From a virus, in the IMG/VR virus record IMGVR_UViG_3300021387_001226, positions 1-29,065 of that record: a stretch of 29,065 bases of DNA; one strand, given 5' to 3'. The first letter of the stretch is position 1, and each line of letters starts with the position of its first letter. The notes under the pieces were generated by a model that worked only from the letters and a program-made list of their open reading frames with translations, had not been told where the DNA came from and searched no databases. The position numbers were made by a program, and so were the translations under genes. This document shows, piece by piece, positions 22,895-29,065 of the stretch.

Positions 22895-23128
22895 TCACAT
22901 CCGTATTTCTGCCAACAAATTATTTATTTTGCTTTTCGTACTTTCATTATCCTTTTCTCCCTCACGTCTTATCTTTCGCTTAATCGAAGATCTGATTCTG
23001 TTACGCTGCGTATATCCGCACGCATCTCTTTTTTGCTTTCTGCCTTTTGCCAGACAGGCTTGTGAGCAATATATTTGTCGGTTTGATTTGGGCTCAAAAT
23101 CATTTCCACATATCGCACATTTTTTCAT
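22895..23128 (-). CDS. Small zinc-ribbon basic protein in the small-terminase position
   Basis: CAICGNDF...YCSQAC, then a Lys/Arg-rich tail. 77 aa, immediately upstream of terL. Confidence 0.55.
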   Translation of the reverse strand: MKKCAICGNDFEPKSNRQIYCSQACLAKGRKQKRDACGYTQRNRIRSSIKRKIRREGEKDNESTKSKINNLLAEIRM

Positions 23129-23190
23129 ACCGTTGCTGCCTTTCTATTTGTACAATGTCAATATTTCTATGTGTACAACGCTATTTATTC

Positions 23191-23252
23191 CGAACAGTCC
23201 ACGGCTCGAAGTCCGCTCCGGGAGGGGGAGGGGGAATACCCCCCATAACGCC
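23191..23252. other. GC-rich element, candidate cos site
   Basis: CCGAACAGTCCACGGCTCGAAGTCCGCTCCGGGAGGGGGAGGGGGAATACCCCCC lies in an otherwise AT-rich intergenic gap between the HNH gene and the terS-position gene. Confidence 0.35.
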
Positions 23253-23259
23253 GAAAAAA

Positions 23260-23592
23260 TTAAAAATTTCTCCAATCTGCTGATTGTGGAAGATCGTTGT
23301 TGTTTATTGCCGTTGCTTCCTCGGGGAAGAGAACCGTTACAAGCTTGTCCGACTTCTGCCTGTTACACATTGAGTGGGCAAGCTGTAAATTATCCGGGTC
23401 GAAAGGGTGACCGCCTTTCGCCAACGGGATTATATGGTCGATACAAGCCGACATCGGATCGGGATACTTTATTTTCTTGTCCACAGGTAGGCCGCATATA
23501 CCACAAACGGACTGTGTTTTTAATATTCTTTTTTTTGCCCGTTCAAACTCGGTGCGGGCGGTGCCCTTATGATCCGCTCTTTGTTTTGCCAT
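23260..23592 (-). CDS. HNH endonuclease (packaging-associated)
   Basis: CGICG...DHIIPLAKGG...NLQLAHSMCNRQKSDK. Start taken at ATG 23592 (MAKQRADHKG). Confidence 0.85.
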   Translation of the reverse strand: MAKQRADHKGTARTEFERAKKRILKTQSVCGICGLPVDKKIKYPDPMSACIDHIIPLAKGGHPFDPDNLQLAHSMCNRQKSDKLVTVLFPEEATAINNNDLPQSADWRNF

Positions 23593-23604
23593 ATAAATCA
23601 CCAA

Positions 23605-23635
23605 CAAAAAAGGAGCCGTCTTTGCAGACAGCCCC
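23605..23635 (-). terminator. Strong strand-specific terminator just upstream of the late genes
   Basis: The - strand reads GGGGCTGTCT-GCAA-AGACGGCTCC (10 bp including two G-U pairs, GNRA loop) followed by TTTTTTG. On the + strand the G-U pairs become A-C mismatches. Confidence 0.7.
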
Positions 23636-23676
23636 TTTGGAGAAAGGAGAATTATGAATCAACTTTCTATGCTAAC

Positions 23677-23685
23677 ATTATACCA
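23677..23685 (-). promoter_or_regulatory. Extended -10 promoter (TGGTATAAT) of the late leader
   Basis: The - strand reads TGGTATAAT. The -35 position (CACAAA) is poor, consistent with an extended -10 or activator-dependent promoter. Confidence 0.45.
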
Positions 23686-23712
23686 CATGAAAATGTTACT
23701 TTGTGTTACTTT

Positions 23713-23769
23713 TTATGTGGTATAAGGTTACTTATGTGGTATAAGGTTACTTATGTGGTATAAGGTTAC
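23713..23769. repeat. Three perfect tandem 19-bp repeats (TTATGTGGTATAAGGTTAC), plus an inverted partial copy at 23676..23686
   Basis: Units at 23713..23731, 23732..23750 and 23751..23769. Additional GTTAC half-sites lie at 23695..23699 and 23705..23709. Confidence 0.9.
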
Positions 23770-24071
23770 TCATGTGTTCTCTCCATTTTGCTTCGTTTCT
23801 CCTTAAGCTCTTCGCCGTTAAAATATAAACAGCTAACACGATTTAAATCTTCCTCGGTAAAAAGAATACAGTCTTCATATATGCTGCATCTTAAATCTAC
23901 TAACTTAGGAACAAACGCTCCAACCATATCCATAAATTCATAGATATCATTTTTGTCAACTATATAATATATCCTTTCGTATTTACGCTTACGAATTGTC
24001 ATACTTTGGGGGCTCTTTTTGTGTTTGTATTCAAACCACCCTTCAAATACTTTTTTTATAAGACTATCCAT
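23766..24071 (-). CDS. Hypothetical protein (101 aa)
   Basis: GGAGAATAAAAATG start context. The stop lies inside repeat unit 3. Confidence 0.65.
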   Translation of the reverse strand: MDSLIKKVFEGWFEYKHKKSPQSMTIRKRKYERIYYIVDKNDIYEFMDMVGAFVPKLVDLRCSIYEDCILFTEEDLNRVSCLYFNGEELKEKRSKMERTHE

Positions 24072-24073
24072 TT

Positions 24074-24505
24074 TTATTCTCCTTTTGCGCTAAGCTCCAT
24101 CACTTCTTTGCGGAACATCTCAAGAGCTTCCCCATGCATTCTTCGCACATAGATAAAACTGTAGTGCATTTCTACAGCTATTTGTTCTAAGCTCTTATAT
24201 TGAACGTACCTTGCGTAAAGCAAACGCATGTATTTCTCGTTTGGAAGTTCTTCTATTTCTCTGATTATATTCGTTTGCTTTATCCGAAACGCCAGCAGAT
24301 CCGCCTCAAGCTCCTTCACCAAATCGAGGTACTTTACAAGTAACCTTTCTTGCCCGTTTCCGCCGGAGGTCTGCACCTTGTCTTTGGAATAATCTATCCC
24401 CGAAATGTGAATACATTTCGTTCTTATTTCCTCTATTTGCTGCTTCCTATGTTTTAGTTTTTCATCAAAATATCTTATCTGGCTTAAATATTCCTTAGGT
24501 GTCAT
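24074..24505 (-). CDS. Sigma-70 region-4-like late-gene regulator (RinA/ArpU/DUF1492-like)
   Basis: The C-terminal YKSLEQIAVEMHYSFIYVRRMHGEALEMF is a region-4-type HTH. The N-terminal YLSQIRYFDEKLKHRKQQIEEI is typical of this small phage regulator class. Last regulatory gene before the packaging genes. Confidence 0.6.
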   Translation of the reverse strand: MTPKEYLSQIRYFDEKLKHRKQQIEEIRTKCIHISGIDYSKDKVQTSGGNGQERLLVKYLDLVKELEADLLAFRIKQTNIIREIEELPNEKYMRLLYARYVQYKSLEQIAVEMHYSFIYVRRMHGEALEMFRKEVMELSAKGE

Positions 24506-24918
24506 TATTTTATCTCCCTGAAAACATACGGCTCGGGTTCTCTCGGCGTTCCCTGCAAGCTTCGCAGGTGCTCCACACTTTCACCGATCCACTTCGAAAC
24601 AACTTCCGGAGGATTGTCCGTAAGTAAAACTCTTGACATATTTCTGTACTTCGGAGTTCTCTCCGTGTATGGTACGTTTTTTACATCGTCAAATTCGGGG
24701 ATCTCTTTATTCAATATCTCCCTTAGTACCGTTTCAAAAAAACAGATCCCCCTTATTCCTCGGAGAGTTTTCTTTATCTCCAAAAAAGTCATCTCGGTTA
24801 TTTCGGGGTGCTCCCTTAGCACTCGTCTTATATCCTCTACATGTACATCGGTAAATTCCGATGTTACTCTCGGGAACTTTTTCCAGTTTAGAAATTGTTT
24901 CCAATTAACTTTTTCCAT
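24505..24918 (-). CDS. Hypothetical early protein (137 aa)
   Basis: Start moved to ATG 24918, behind AAAAAGGAGAA. The longer 179-aa version overlaps the upstream gene extensively. Confidence 0.55.
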   Translation of the reverse strand: MEKVNWKQFLNWKKFPRVTSEFTDVHVEDIRRVLREHPEITEMTFLEIKKTLRGIRGICFFETVLREILNKEIPEFDDVKNVPYTERTPKYRNMSRVLLTDNPPEVVSKWIGESVEHLRSLQGTPREPEPYVFREIK

Positions 24919-25124
24919 TTCTCCTTTTTCCGTTCCTTCCTTAGCCGCTGCTTCAACGCTCGCCTTGCACGATAGAGCTGAGGGAGTGTCATTTTTGAAA
25001 AATGGCAAAACTGAGGTGCTATTTTCAGCCGTTTGGAGAGCCATTTATAAACAGCTCTCTTACTGCCTTTCAATTCGTCCACCATGCTATGACACTCTTT
25101 CCTCAATTCTTCGTAAATATCCAT
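24888..25124 (-). CDS. Hypothetical basic protein (78 aa)
   Basis: ATG 25124 lies 2 nt after the upstream stop. The C-terminus is Lys/Arg-rich. Confidence 0.5.
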   Translation of the reverse strand: MDIYEELRKECHSMVDELKGSKRAVYKWLSKRLKIAPQFCHFSKMTLPQLYRARRALKQRLRKERKKEKWKKLIGNNF

Positions 25125-25125
25125 C

Positions 25126-25464
25126 TTATAATTTCGCAACCATTTTCCCGTGATCGTCTATAAAGGTGAACCCCGTTTCATCTTTGATCGTCTGCTCCAG
25201 ATCATCAAAGGATATATATCCCTTGTCGAAACTGTCTAATAAATTCATGACCTTTGCCGCAAATACTTTCAGCCTTTTGCCTCCGAAGCCATACTCGTCT
25301 CGAAGTGCCATTAAGCTCAAACCAAACATCTTGACAAAGCTGTGTACCACCGTTCTTTTTGCTATTTCCATTTTCATTGTCTCGAACTGTTCACGGTTCA
25401 AGGTGTAGATAGTATCCTTTTTTGCTTCCTCTTTGGCTGCTCTTCTTCTTTCCGCACGATTCAT
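25126..25464 (-). CDS. Hypothetical early protein (112 aa)
   Basis: GGGGAGGCTGAAAAATG start context. Confidence 0.65.
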   Translation of the reverse strand: MNRAERRRAAKEEAKKDTIYTLNREQFETMKMEIAKRTVVHSFVKMFGLSLMALRDEYGFGGKRLKVFAAKVMNLLDSFDKGYISFDDLEQTIKDETGFTFIDDHGKMVAKL

Positions 25465-25467
25465 TTT

Positions 25468-25674
25468 TCAGCCTCCCCAGTAATTGTCACTCAGGCCTAA
25501 AATGTAATCGGCAGAACAATTGTATCGCTTGCACACTTTCACCAATGCTTCAAGCACCTTCGTGTTGCGATATTTTATAAGCAAATCTGCATCTCTGTCA
25601 TACTCGGGGCTTTTCCAATTTACTTGCAGCACCCCGTTTTCAGTCAATACTTTGTTCATTCTCTCTTTTATCAT
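25468..25674 (-). CDS. Small protein with XRE-type HTH C-terminal signature
   Basis: Ends NCSADYILGLSDNYW, the usual end of XRE HTH domains. AAAGGAGCAAGAGAAAATG start context. Confidence 0.55.
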   Translation of the reverse strand: MIKERMNKVLTENGVLQVNWKSPEYDRDADLLIKYRNTKVLEALVKVCKRYNCSADYILGLSDNYWGG

Positions 25675-25701
25675 TTTCTCTTGCTCCTTTCTTTTTGTCT
25701 G

Positions 25702-26136
25702 TTAATCTTTTTGCCACTCAGCTAGCAGCCTCATAACCTTTAAGCTGTCGCACTGTATGCAATGATCATTGATTATCTCAATATCTTTTGCATTTGGTTT
25801 AAAGTATTCTTTACATAAATCGATGATATTATCAATTAATATCGCCACATTGTCGGCCTGTATTTCCATTGCGTAAACGCTTTGCAATGCCACTGTAAAA
25901 TCTTTTCGGCGCTTACAATTTTCAAATTTTCGCTTAAGAATTTCAAGTACGAAAGCTCCTTCCCCTGCGGAGGGTTCAAGGAAGGTTACACTCGGCTTAA
26001 AGGATCCTTCCGGAAGTGAATCGCACATAAGGTCAACAATATGTGGTGGAGTGAATACCTCTCCATATTCTTTCACTCTCTCTTTTGATTTTACTAACTT
26101 CATTCGCTTTTTTAATATTTGCCAACATTTTATCAT
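25702..26136 (-). CDS. Truncated gamma-class (TaqI/Eco57I-like) N6-adenine methyltransferase: motifs X, I, II and III only, no NPPY
   Basis: GEVFTPPHIVDLM (motif X), FLEPSAGEGAFVL (motif I), YAMEIQADNV (motif II) and IQCDSL (motif III), then a stop. No SD before either candidate ATG (26136, 26103). Confidence 0.6.
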   Translation of the reverse strand: MIKCWQILKKRMKLVKSKERVKEYGEVFTPPHIVDLMCDSLPEGSFKPSVTFLEPSAGEGAFVLEILKRKFENCKRRKDFTVALQSVYAMEIQADNVAILIDNIIDLCKEYFKPNAKDIEIINDHCIQCDSLKVMRLLAEWQKD

Positions 26137-26512
26137 AGCAATCTTGGCAAAGCTTTTTCTCCTTTAATCTTGGCTGTGTCTTACATTTAGTGCAAAGCCC
26201 TTTGTACTCTGCTTCACACTTTTTTGTATGTACTTCAAGAGCTTTCTTTTTATTCTTTTTAGTAATACATATCTCACAAATAGTTTTGCCGTCCTGCGGT
26301 TTGCGCTTTCCGCATTGAGGACATACTCCTCGTAGTTTTCTCTCATTGTATCTTTTTTTTGCAAGATCTCTGCAACGTTGCGAATGATTTTTTCGATATC
26401 GTTTATTTTTTTCGTTGTCTTTCCGGTTGCATTCATAGCAAAGAGAATGGCCGACCAAAGTAAAAGCATCTTGCTTTTTGCATCGTGTGCATAAATGGTT
26501 TTCTTTTAGCAA
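26033..26512 (-). CDS. Multi-zinc-ribbon Cys-rich basic protein
   Basis: Five CxxC pairs (CTRC, CYEC, CPQC, CEIC, CTKC, CQDC spaced ~10-20 aa apart). The start is uncertain: TTG at 26512 with no good SD. The 3' end overlaps the methyltransferase fragment by 104 nt. Confidence 0.6.
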   Translation of the reverse strand: MLKENHLCTRCKKQDAFTLVGHSLCYECNRKDNEKNKRYRKNHSQRCRDLAKKRYNERKLRGVCPQCGKRKPQDGKTICEICITKKNKKKALEVHTKKCEAEYKGLCTKCKTQPRLKEKKLCQDCYDKMLANIKKANEVSKIKRESERIWRGIHSTTYC

Positions 26513-26541
26513 TTTATAGTAGTAGTCAATATGCCATCACC

Positions 26542-27072
26542 TCATTCTTCCTTACCTTTCTGCATTTTTGCGCCACAATTGGGACAGTATTTTATTCTAT
26601 CAATAAATTCGTTTGCCATAATGTCAAAATCAAACCCGCAATTATCACAATATACTTCATGGAACGACTTTGCTAACCACCGTCCCATCTTCGGCTGTGG
26701 TGTAGCGGGGGCTAAATTTTCAACAAATTTTTCTATGCGAACTTTGCATAGATTAAATCCGTTATCGTGATACCATTCATCTTTACTTTCATAGTGGCGT
26801 GGATTAGTATCTTTCGTTATTGTTTCAAGATATTTTAATAATGTTTCTCTGCTTATACAATCCTTGCAAGGCTCTTGCTTCACCGAAATTAATTGCGGTC
26901 TCGCTTTTTTTATTTGCTCTTTAAGATGTTTTAATTCATCGTCCGACAGCATTTCCGTAGCCGCATAAGCCTCTTGTTCTTTTAGTTGCTTTAACTCGCC
27001 CAACCATTGTGCAAGCTGTTTATGCTCTTCGGCGCATTCTTCACAATGTTGAATCGCTTCATCAAGTGTCAT
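26542..27072 (-). CDS. Hypothetical protein with C-terminal zinc ribbon (176 aa)
   Basis: Start moved to ATG 27072, behind AAGGAGGG. C-terminal CDNCGFDFD...YCPNCGAKM. Confidence 0.65.
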   Translation of the reverse strand: MTLDEAIQHCEECAEEHKQLAQWLGELKQLKEQEAYAATEMLSDDELKHLKEQIKKARPQLISVKQEPCKDCISRETLLKYLETITKDTNPRHYESKDEWYHDNGFNLCKVRIEKFVENLAPATPQPKMGRWLAKSFHEVYCDNCGFDFDIMANEFIDRIKYCPNCGAKMQKGKEE

Positions 27073-27274
27073 TATTACCCTCCTTAAACCATTCATCATA
27101 TATCACCTGCATCAGCTTTAATCCATCTCTTTTAAACCGTTCATCGAATATCATCTTCGCCAGCTTTTCTAAATTTCTTTTAGCTTGTCCATATATAGTG
27201 TCAAATTCTGAAAATTTATTTGTTACACACATTCTACTTATTTCATCCTTTATGGTACCGGCAAGTATCATCAT
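27062..27274 (-). CDS. Hypothetical protein (70 aa)
   Basis: The ATG at 27274 forms an ATGA overlap with the stop of the upstream 55-aa ORF. The track version starts at 27304. Confidence 0.5.
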   Translation of the reverse strand: MMILAGTIKDEISRMCVTNKFSEFDTIYGQAKRNLEKLAKMIFDERFKRDGLKLMQVIYDEWFKEGNNDT

Positions 27275-27438
27275 TTCTTTTTGCTTCTGTTTGGTAATAT
27301 CCATTCCTTACCCTCGCTTTCCGCTGTATACGGGCATTCTCTTTCCTTGCAACACCATTCATGCCAAATATCTTCAACATAGGCCTTATCACAAGACAAG
27401 CACGGCTCTTGCAGCAGGCCGTCTTCATCAAATTTCAT
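27271..27438 (-). CDS. Small Cys-rich protein (55 aa, MKFDEDGLLQEPCLSCDKAYVEDIWHEWCCKERECPYTAESEGKEWILPNRSKKK)
   Basis: Not in the ORF track. ATGA overlap with the stop of the replication gene and with the start of the next ORF. More protein-like than the overlapping 62-aa track ORF 27243..27431. Confidence 0.5.
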   Translation of the reverse strand: MKFDEDGLLQEPCLSCDKAYVEDIWHEWCCKERECPYTAESEGKEWILPNRSKKK

Positions 27439-28325
27439 ATCGTTCCTCCTCTCTGCCTTTCTCGTTTAAGCTCCAGTATCTTCTTTTTTTCCTCTTCGGT
27501 ATAAGAAGAGCCTTGAAAATTGTTAAAATTATCTTTCTTAAGCTCTTTCTTACTCTTTTCTTCATCTTGCTTAGCCCACCTTACCAGTGTGGCAAGGTGA
27601 TCCGAGTATTCCTTGCCCGTGGCTCTCATGTACTCGGAAAGATTGTCTATTTTCCTTTGCCAACTTGCCGGATAATGGCTTTTCAGATAATCCAAATCAC
27701 CATCGGTCAAGAAAACATTGGAGAATGTCCCGCATGTGTTTACGGAGAGAGAGCTTAATTCTTTCTCTCTCTCTTTCTTTTTATTTTCTATTTCTCTTTC
27801 TCTTTCTATTTCTATTTGTTTTTTAATGTCAACATTTCCCTTATTAATGTCAACATTAACTCCATTATTGTCAACATTAATAAAATTGCGTAAAATTCCC
27901 TTATTGACCCCGAGAGACTGCATTTCCTCTATGCTCAGTAACCAAAGGTCTTTATCCACGACTATGTTTTTTCGGCGTAAGCTGGCCATATAGAATGTTC
28001 GCTGTACACGTCGGCTCGTGATAAAACCCTGATTAAAATGTGACCGGTCAAACAACCCTACGTCCACCATCATTAGTATCACCTTACCGACAGTCCTCGC
28101 AGATGGACTGCCTTTTCCATGCAATAGCTGTGCTATCTTGTAATCAACGACTTCGTTGTACTCCAAATAGTACCCCTTGTCTCTATATATTGACTCTAAG
28201 ATTGCAATATACACAGCGTAGCAGGTAGGCCCGTATTCAATTTTAAGTTTTATAAATTTGGGATCGTTCAGAAGCTCTACGCTTAACGGGTAATAGTCAA
28301 CACCTGTTTTGTAAGGTGCTGCCAT
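27435..28325 (-). CDS. Replication initiation / replisome organiser protein (DUF4373-like N-terminus, DnaD-like C-terminus)
   Basis: The N-terminal YYPLSVELLNDPKFIKLKIEYGPTCYAVYIAILESIY resembles the Lin1244/Lin1753-type domain. The C-terminal YSDHLATLVRWAKQDEEK resembles the DnaD C-terminal motif. Iterons lie inside the gene. Confidence 0.7.
   Translation of the reverse strand: MAAPYKTGVDYYPLSVELLNDPKFIKLKIEYGPTCYAVYIAILESIYRDKGYYLEYNEVVDYKIAQLLHGKGSPSARTVGKVILMMVDVGLFDRSHFNQGFITSRRVQRTFYMASLRRKNIVVDKDLWLLSIEEMQSLGVNKGILRNFINVDNNGVNVDINKGNVDIKKQIEIEREREIENKKKEREKELSSLSVNTCGTFSNVFLTDGDLDYLKSHYPASWQRKIDNLSEYMRATGKEYSDHLATLVRWAKQDEEKSKKELKKDNFNNFQGSSYTEEEKKKILELKRERQRGGTI
27824..27878. repeat. 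Three iterons at exact 21-bp spacing (candidate replication origin)
   Basis: TAATGTCAACATT at 27824..27836 and 27845..27857, and TATTGTCAACATT at 27866..27878. Adjacent is a 27755..27822 homopyrimidine, AT-rich tract. Confidence 0.55.
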
Positions 28326-28337
28326 TACGTTCCCTCC

Positions 28338-28538
28338 TTACTCGATGCGGAAATTACAGAACGTTTCCATTGTTGTCTCAAGATTTTTTTGTATTTCTCT
28401 TTCCGTTCTGTCCTTAAGCTCTTCACGCATTCTTTTCTCTTTCTCCTCAGCTATGAATGTCCTTAAATCGAAGCCCACCAAAAAGCCGAATGCAACAAGC
28501 ATTGTAATCATTAAGAGCGAAATCATTAAATCTTCCAT
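28338..28538 (-). CDS. Small membrane protein (66 aa)
   Basis: N-terminal hydrophobic helix ISLLMITMLVAFGFLVGF, then a charged tail. AGGAGG SD. Confidence 0.6.
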   Translation of the reverse strand: MEDLMISLLMITMLVAFGFLVGFDLRTFIAEEKEKRMREELKDRTEREIQKNLETTMETFCNFRIE

Positions 28539-28561
28539 TCGTTAAACCTCCTATAATATGT

Positions 28562-29008
28562 TTAAAACGGCAAATCATCATCATCATCAACGGGTTGCGG
28601 TGTGAATGATGTTTTACTGTTCTTACTTCCTTTGTTCCCTTTGGTTCCCTTTGCCTGTTTCGCTTCGTTGGTAGCCGGAGCTTCGTCCTTCTTCTTACTT
28701 TCGCAGAACTCGAAGCTGTTTACATAGAAAACAATGTCATAATGTTTTCTACCTTCCTTATCTGTCCAGTTGTTATTCCTTGCCTCACATTCAAGTAAGA
28801 GCTTAGTCCCTTTGGCTACTTGACATTTCCCGAATGTTTCGGCAATGCTGTCGAATGTAACGCAGGAAAAAAAGTCGGCATCGGGTTGTCCTTCCTGCTT
28901 GAACCGTCTGCCGACGGCTATCCAAAATTTACAAACGGCTTTACCCGAAGCCGTTTGTAAATATTCGGGGTCGGTCGCAATTCTCCCCATGAAAGTAATA
29001 CTGTTCAC
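28562..29008 (-). CDS. ssb: Single-stranded DNA-binding protein
   Basis: The OB-fold N-terminus MNSITFMGRIATDPEY (GTG start) and the acidic tip DDDDDLPF are classical SSB features. The gene spans the overlap junction. Confidence 0.9.
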   Translation of the reverse strand: MNSITFMGRIATDPEYLQTASGKAVCKFWIAVGRRFKQEGQPDADFFSCVTFDSIAETFGKCQVAKGTKLLLECEARNNNWTDKEGRKHYDIVFYVNSFEFCESKKKDEAPATNEAKQAKGTKGNKGSKNSKTSFTPQPVDDDDDLPF

Positions 29009-29065
29009 ACAATGTCCTCCTTAAATATATGGTAAATCCATTTTCTGCCGTTGTATTCGGCAGTG
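28959..29065. repeat. Terminal overlap copy 2 (identical to 1..107)
   Basis: Direct comparison of both window ends. Confidence 0.97.

Larger units (their letters stand above)
1..28958. mobile_element. Complete temperate tailed-phage genome (siphovirus-type), circularly permuted in this window
   Basis: Lysogeny (repressor, integrase), replication (SSB, DnaD-like), packaging (HNH, TerL), head, tail and lysis modules are each present once. The window ends overlap by 107 identical bases. Confidence 0.85.

Noticed and set aside
22785-23657. 290-aa + strand ORF spanning the terL start, the zinc-ribbon gene, the putative cos site and the HNH gene
   Set aside because: It is antisense to three motif-supported - strand genes and crosses an intergenic GC-rich element. 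The translation is Leu/Ser/Pro/Phe-rich nonsense, typical of a stop-poor reverse frame.
23654-23725. 23-aa hydrophobic + strand peptide (MNQLSMLTLYHMKMLLCVTFYVV) with a good AAAGGAGA SD, antisense to the late leader; considered as a type I toxin
   Set aside because: I found no credible + strand promoter upstream; the best is TATAAA at 23592 with a poor -35. The SD is simply the complement of a pyrimidine tract in the - strand leader, and the ORF runs into the tandem repeats. It is worth a look only if + strand transcription is seen in RNA-seq.
23713-23769. Tandem 19-bp repeats, considered as a mini-CRISPR array
   Set aside because: The repeats abut directly with no spacers, and no cas genes are present. 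A regulatory or binding-site function is far more likely.
24919-25044. N-terminal 42-residue extension of ORF 24505..25044
   Set aside because: The extension overlaps almost all of the upstream 78-aa ORF and has no SD. The internal ATG at 24918 has a strong AAAAAGGAGAA SD.
26164-26469. 101-aa alternative-frame ORF inside the zinc-ribbon gene
   Set aside because: The overlapping frame has regularly spaced CxxC pairs, which is strong protein-like periodicity. This frame has no motif and no SD.
27009-27758. 249-aa + strand ORF opposite the early genes and the replication gene
   Set aside because: It is antisense to four coupled - strand ORFs, with a low-complexity Leu/Phe/Ser-rich product and no SD.

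Overview
The window is one complete, circularly closed genome of a temperate siphovirus-type tailed phage. Bases 1..107 are identical to 28959..29065, so the unique length is 28,958 bp. AGGAGG-type ribosome-binding sites, XhlA/holin/GH25 lysis genes and an SLH-like lysin tail point to a low-GC Gram-positive (Bacillota-like) host. A short lysogeny arm lies on the + strand: an XRE-type repressor (554..1027), a tyrosine integrase (1249..2247), a probable attP region (about 2239..2460) and a four-gene cassette of unknown function with its own consensus promoter (2599..4121). Everything else is on the - strand in one early-to-late direction that crosses the window junction. In order: a small early ORF and a Xis/Cro-like HTH (410..47), SSB (29008..28562), and a DnaD-like replication protein with internal iterons. 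Next come small Cys-rich and HTH proteins, a methyltransferase fragment lacking its catalytic motif, and a sigma-region-4-like late regulator. The late genes follow: HNH endonuclease, a GC-rich putative cos site, TerL, an out-of-place fibre-plus-lysis block, portal, a MuF-like protein and a split N6-adenine methyltransferase. Then a BspA-type LRR protein, scaffold, major capsid, connectors, major tail, G/GT chaperones with an A7 slippery site, tape measure and Dit/Tal-like proteins. A second BspA-type LRR protein sits in the receptor-binding slot. The best candidates for undescribed biology are: (i) the self-contained four-gene + strand cassette at the attP-proximal end; (ii) an orphan promoter-to-terminator unit between repressor and integrase that predicts a structured ~145-nt RNA; (iii) dispersed adhesin-like genes, two of which share an N-terminal module; (iv) two methyltransferase loci, both interrupted just before motif IV at short homopolymer tracts; (v) a promoter/leader/terminator late-control region with 19-bp tandem repeats. 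All functional calls rest on motifs read in the translations and on synteny. No database search or folding computation was possible.
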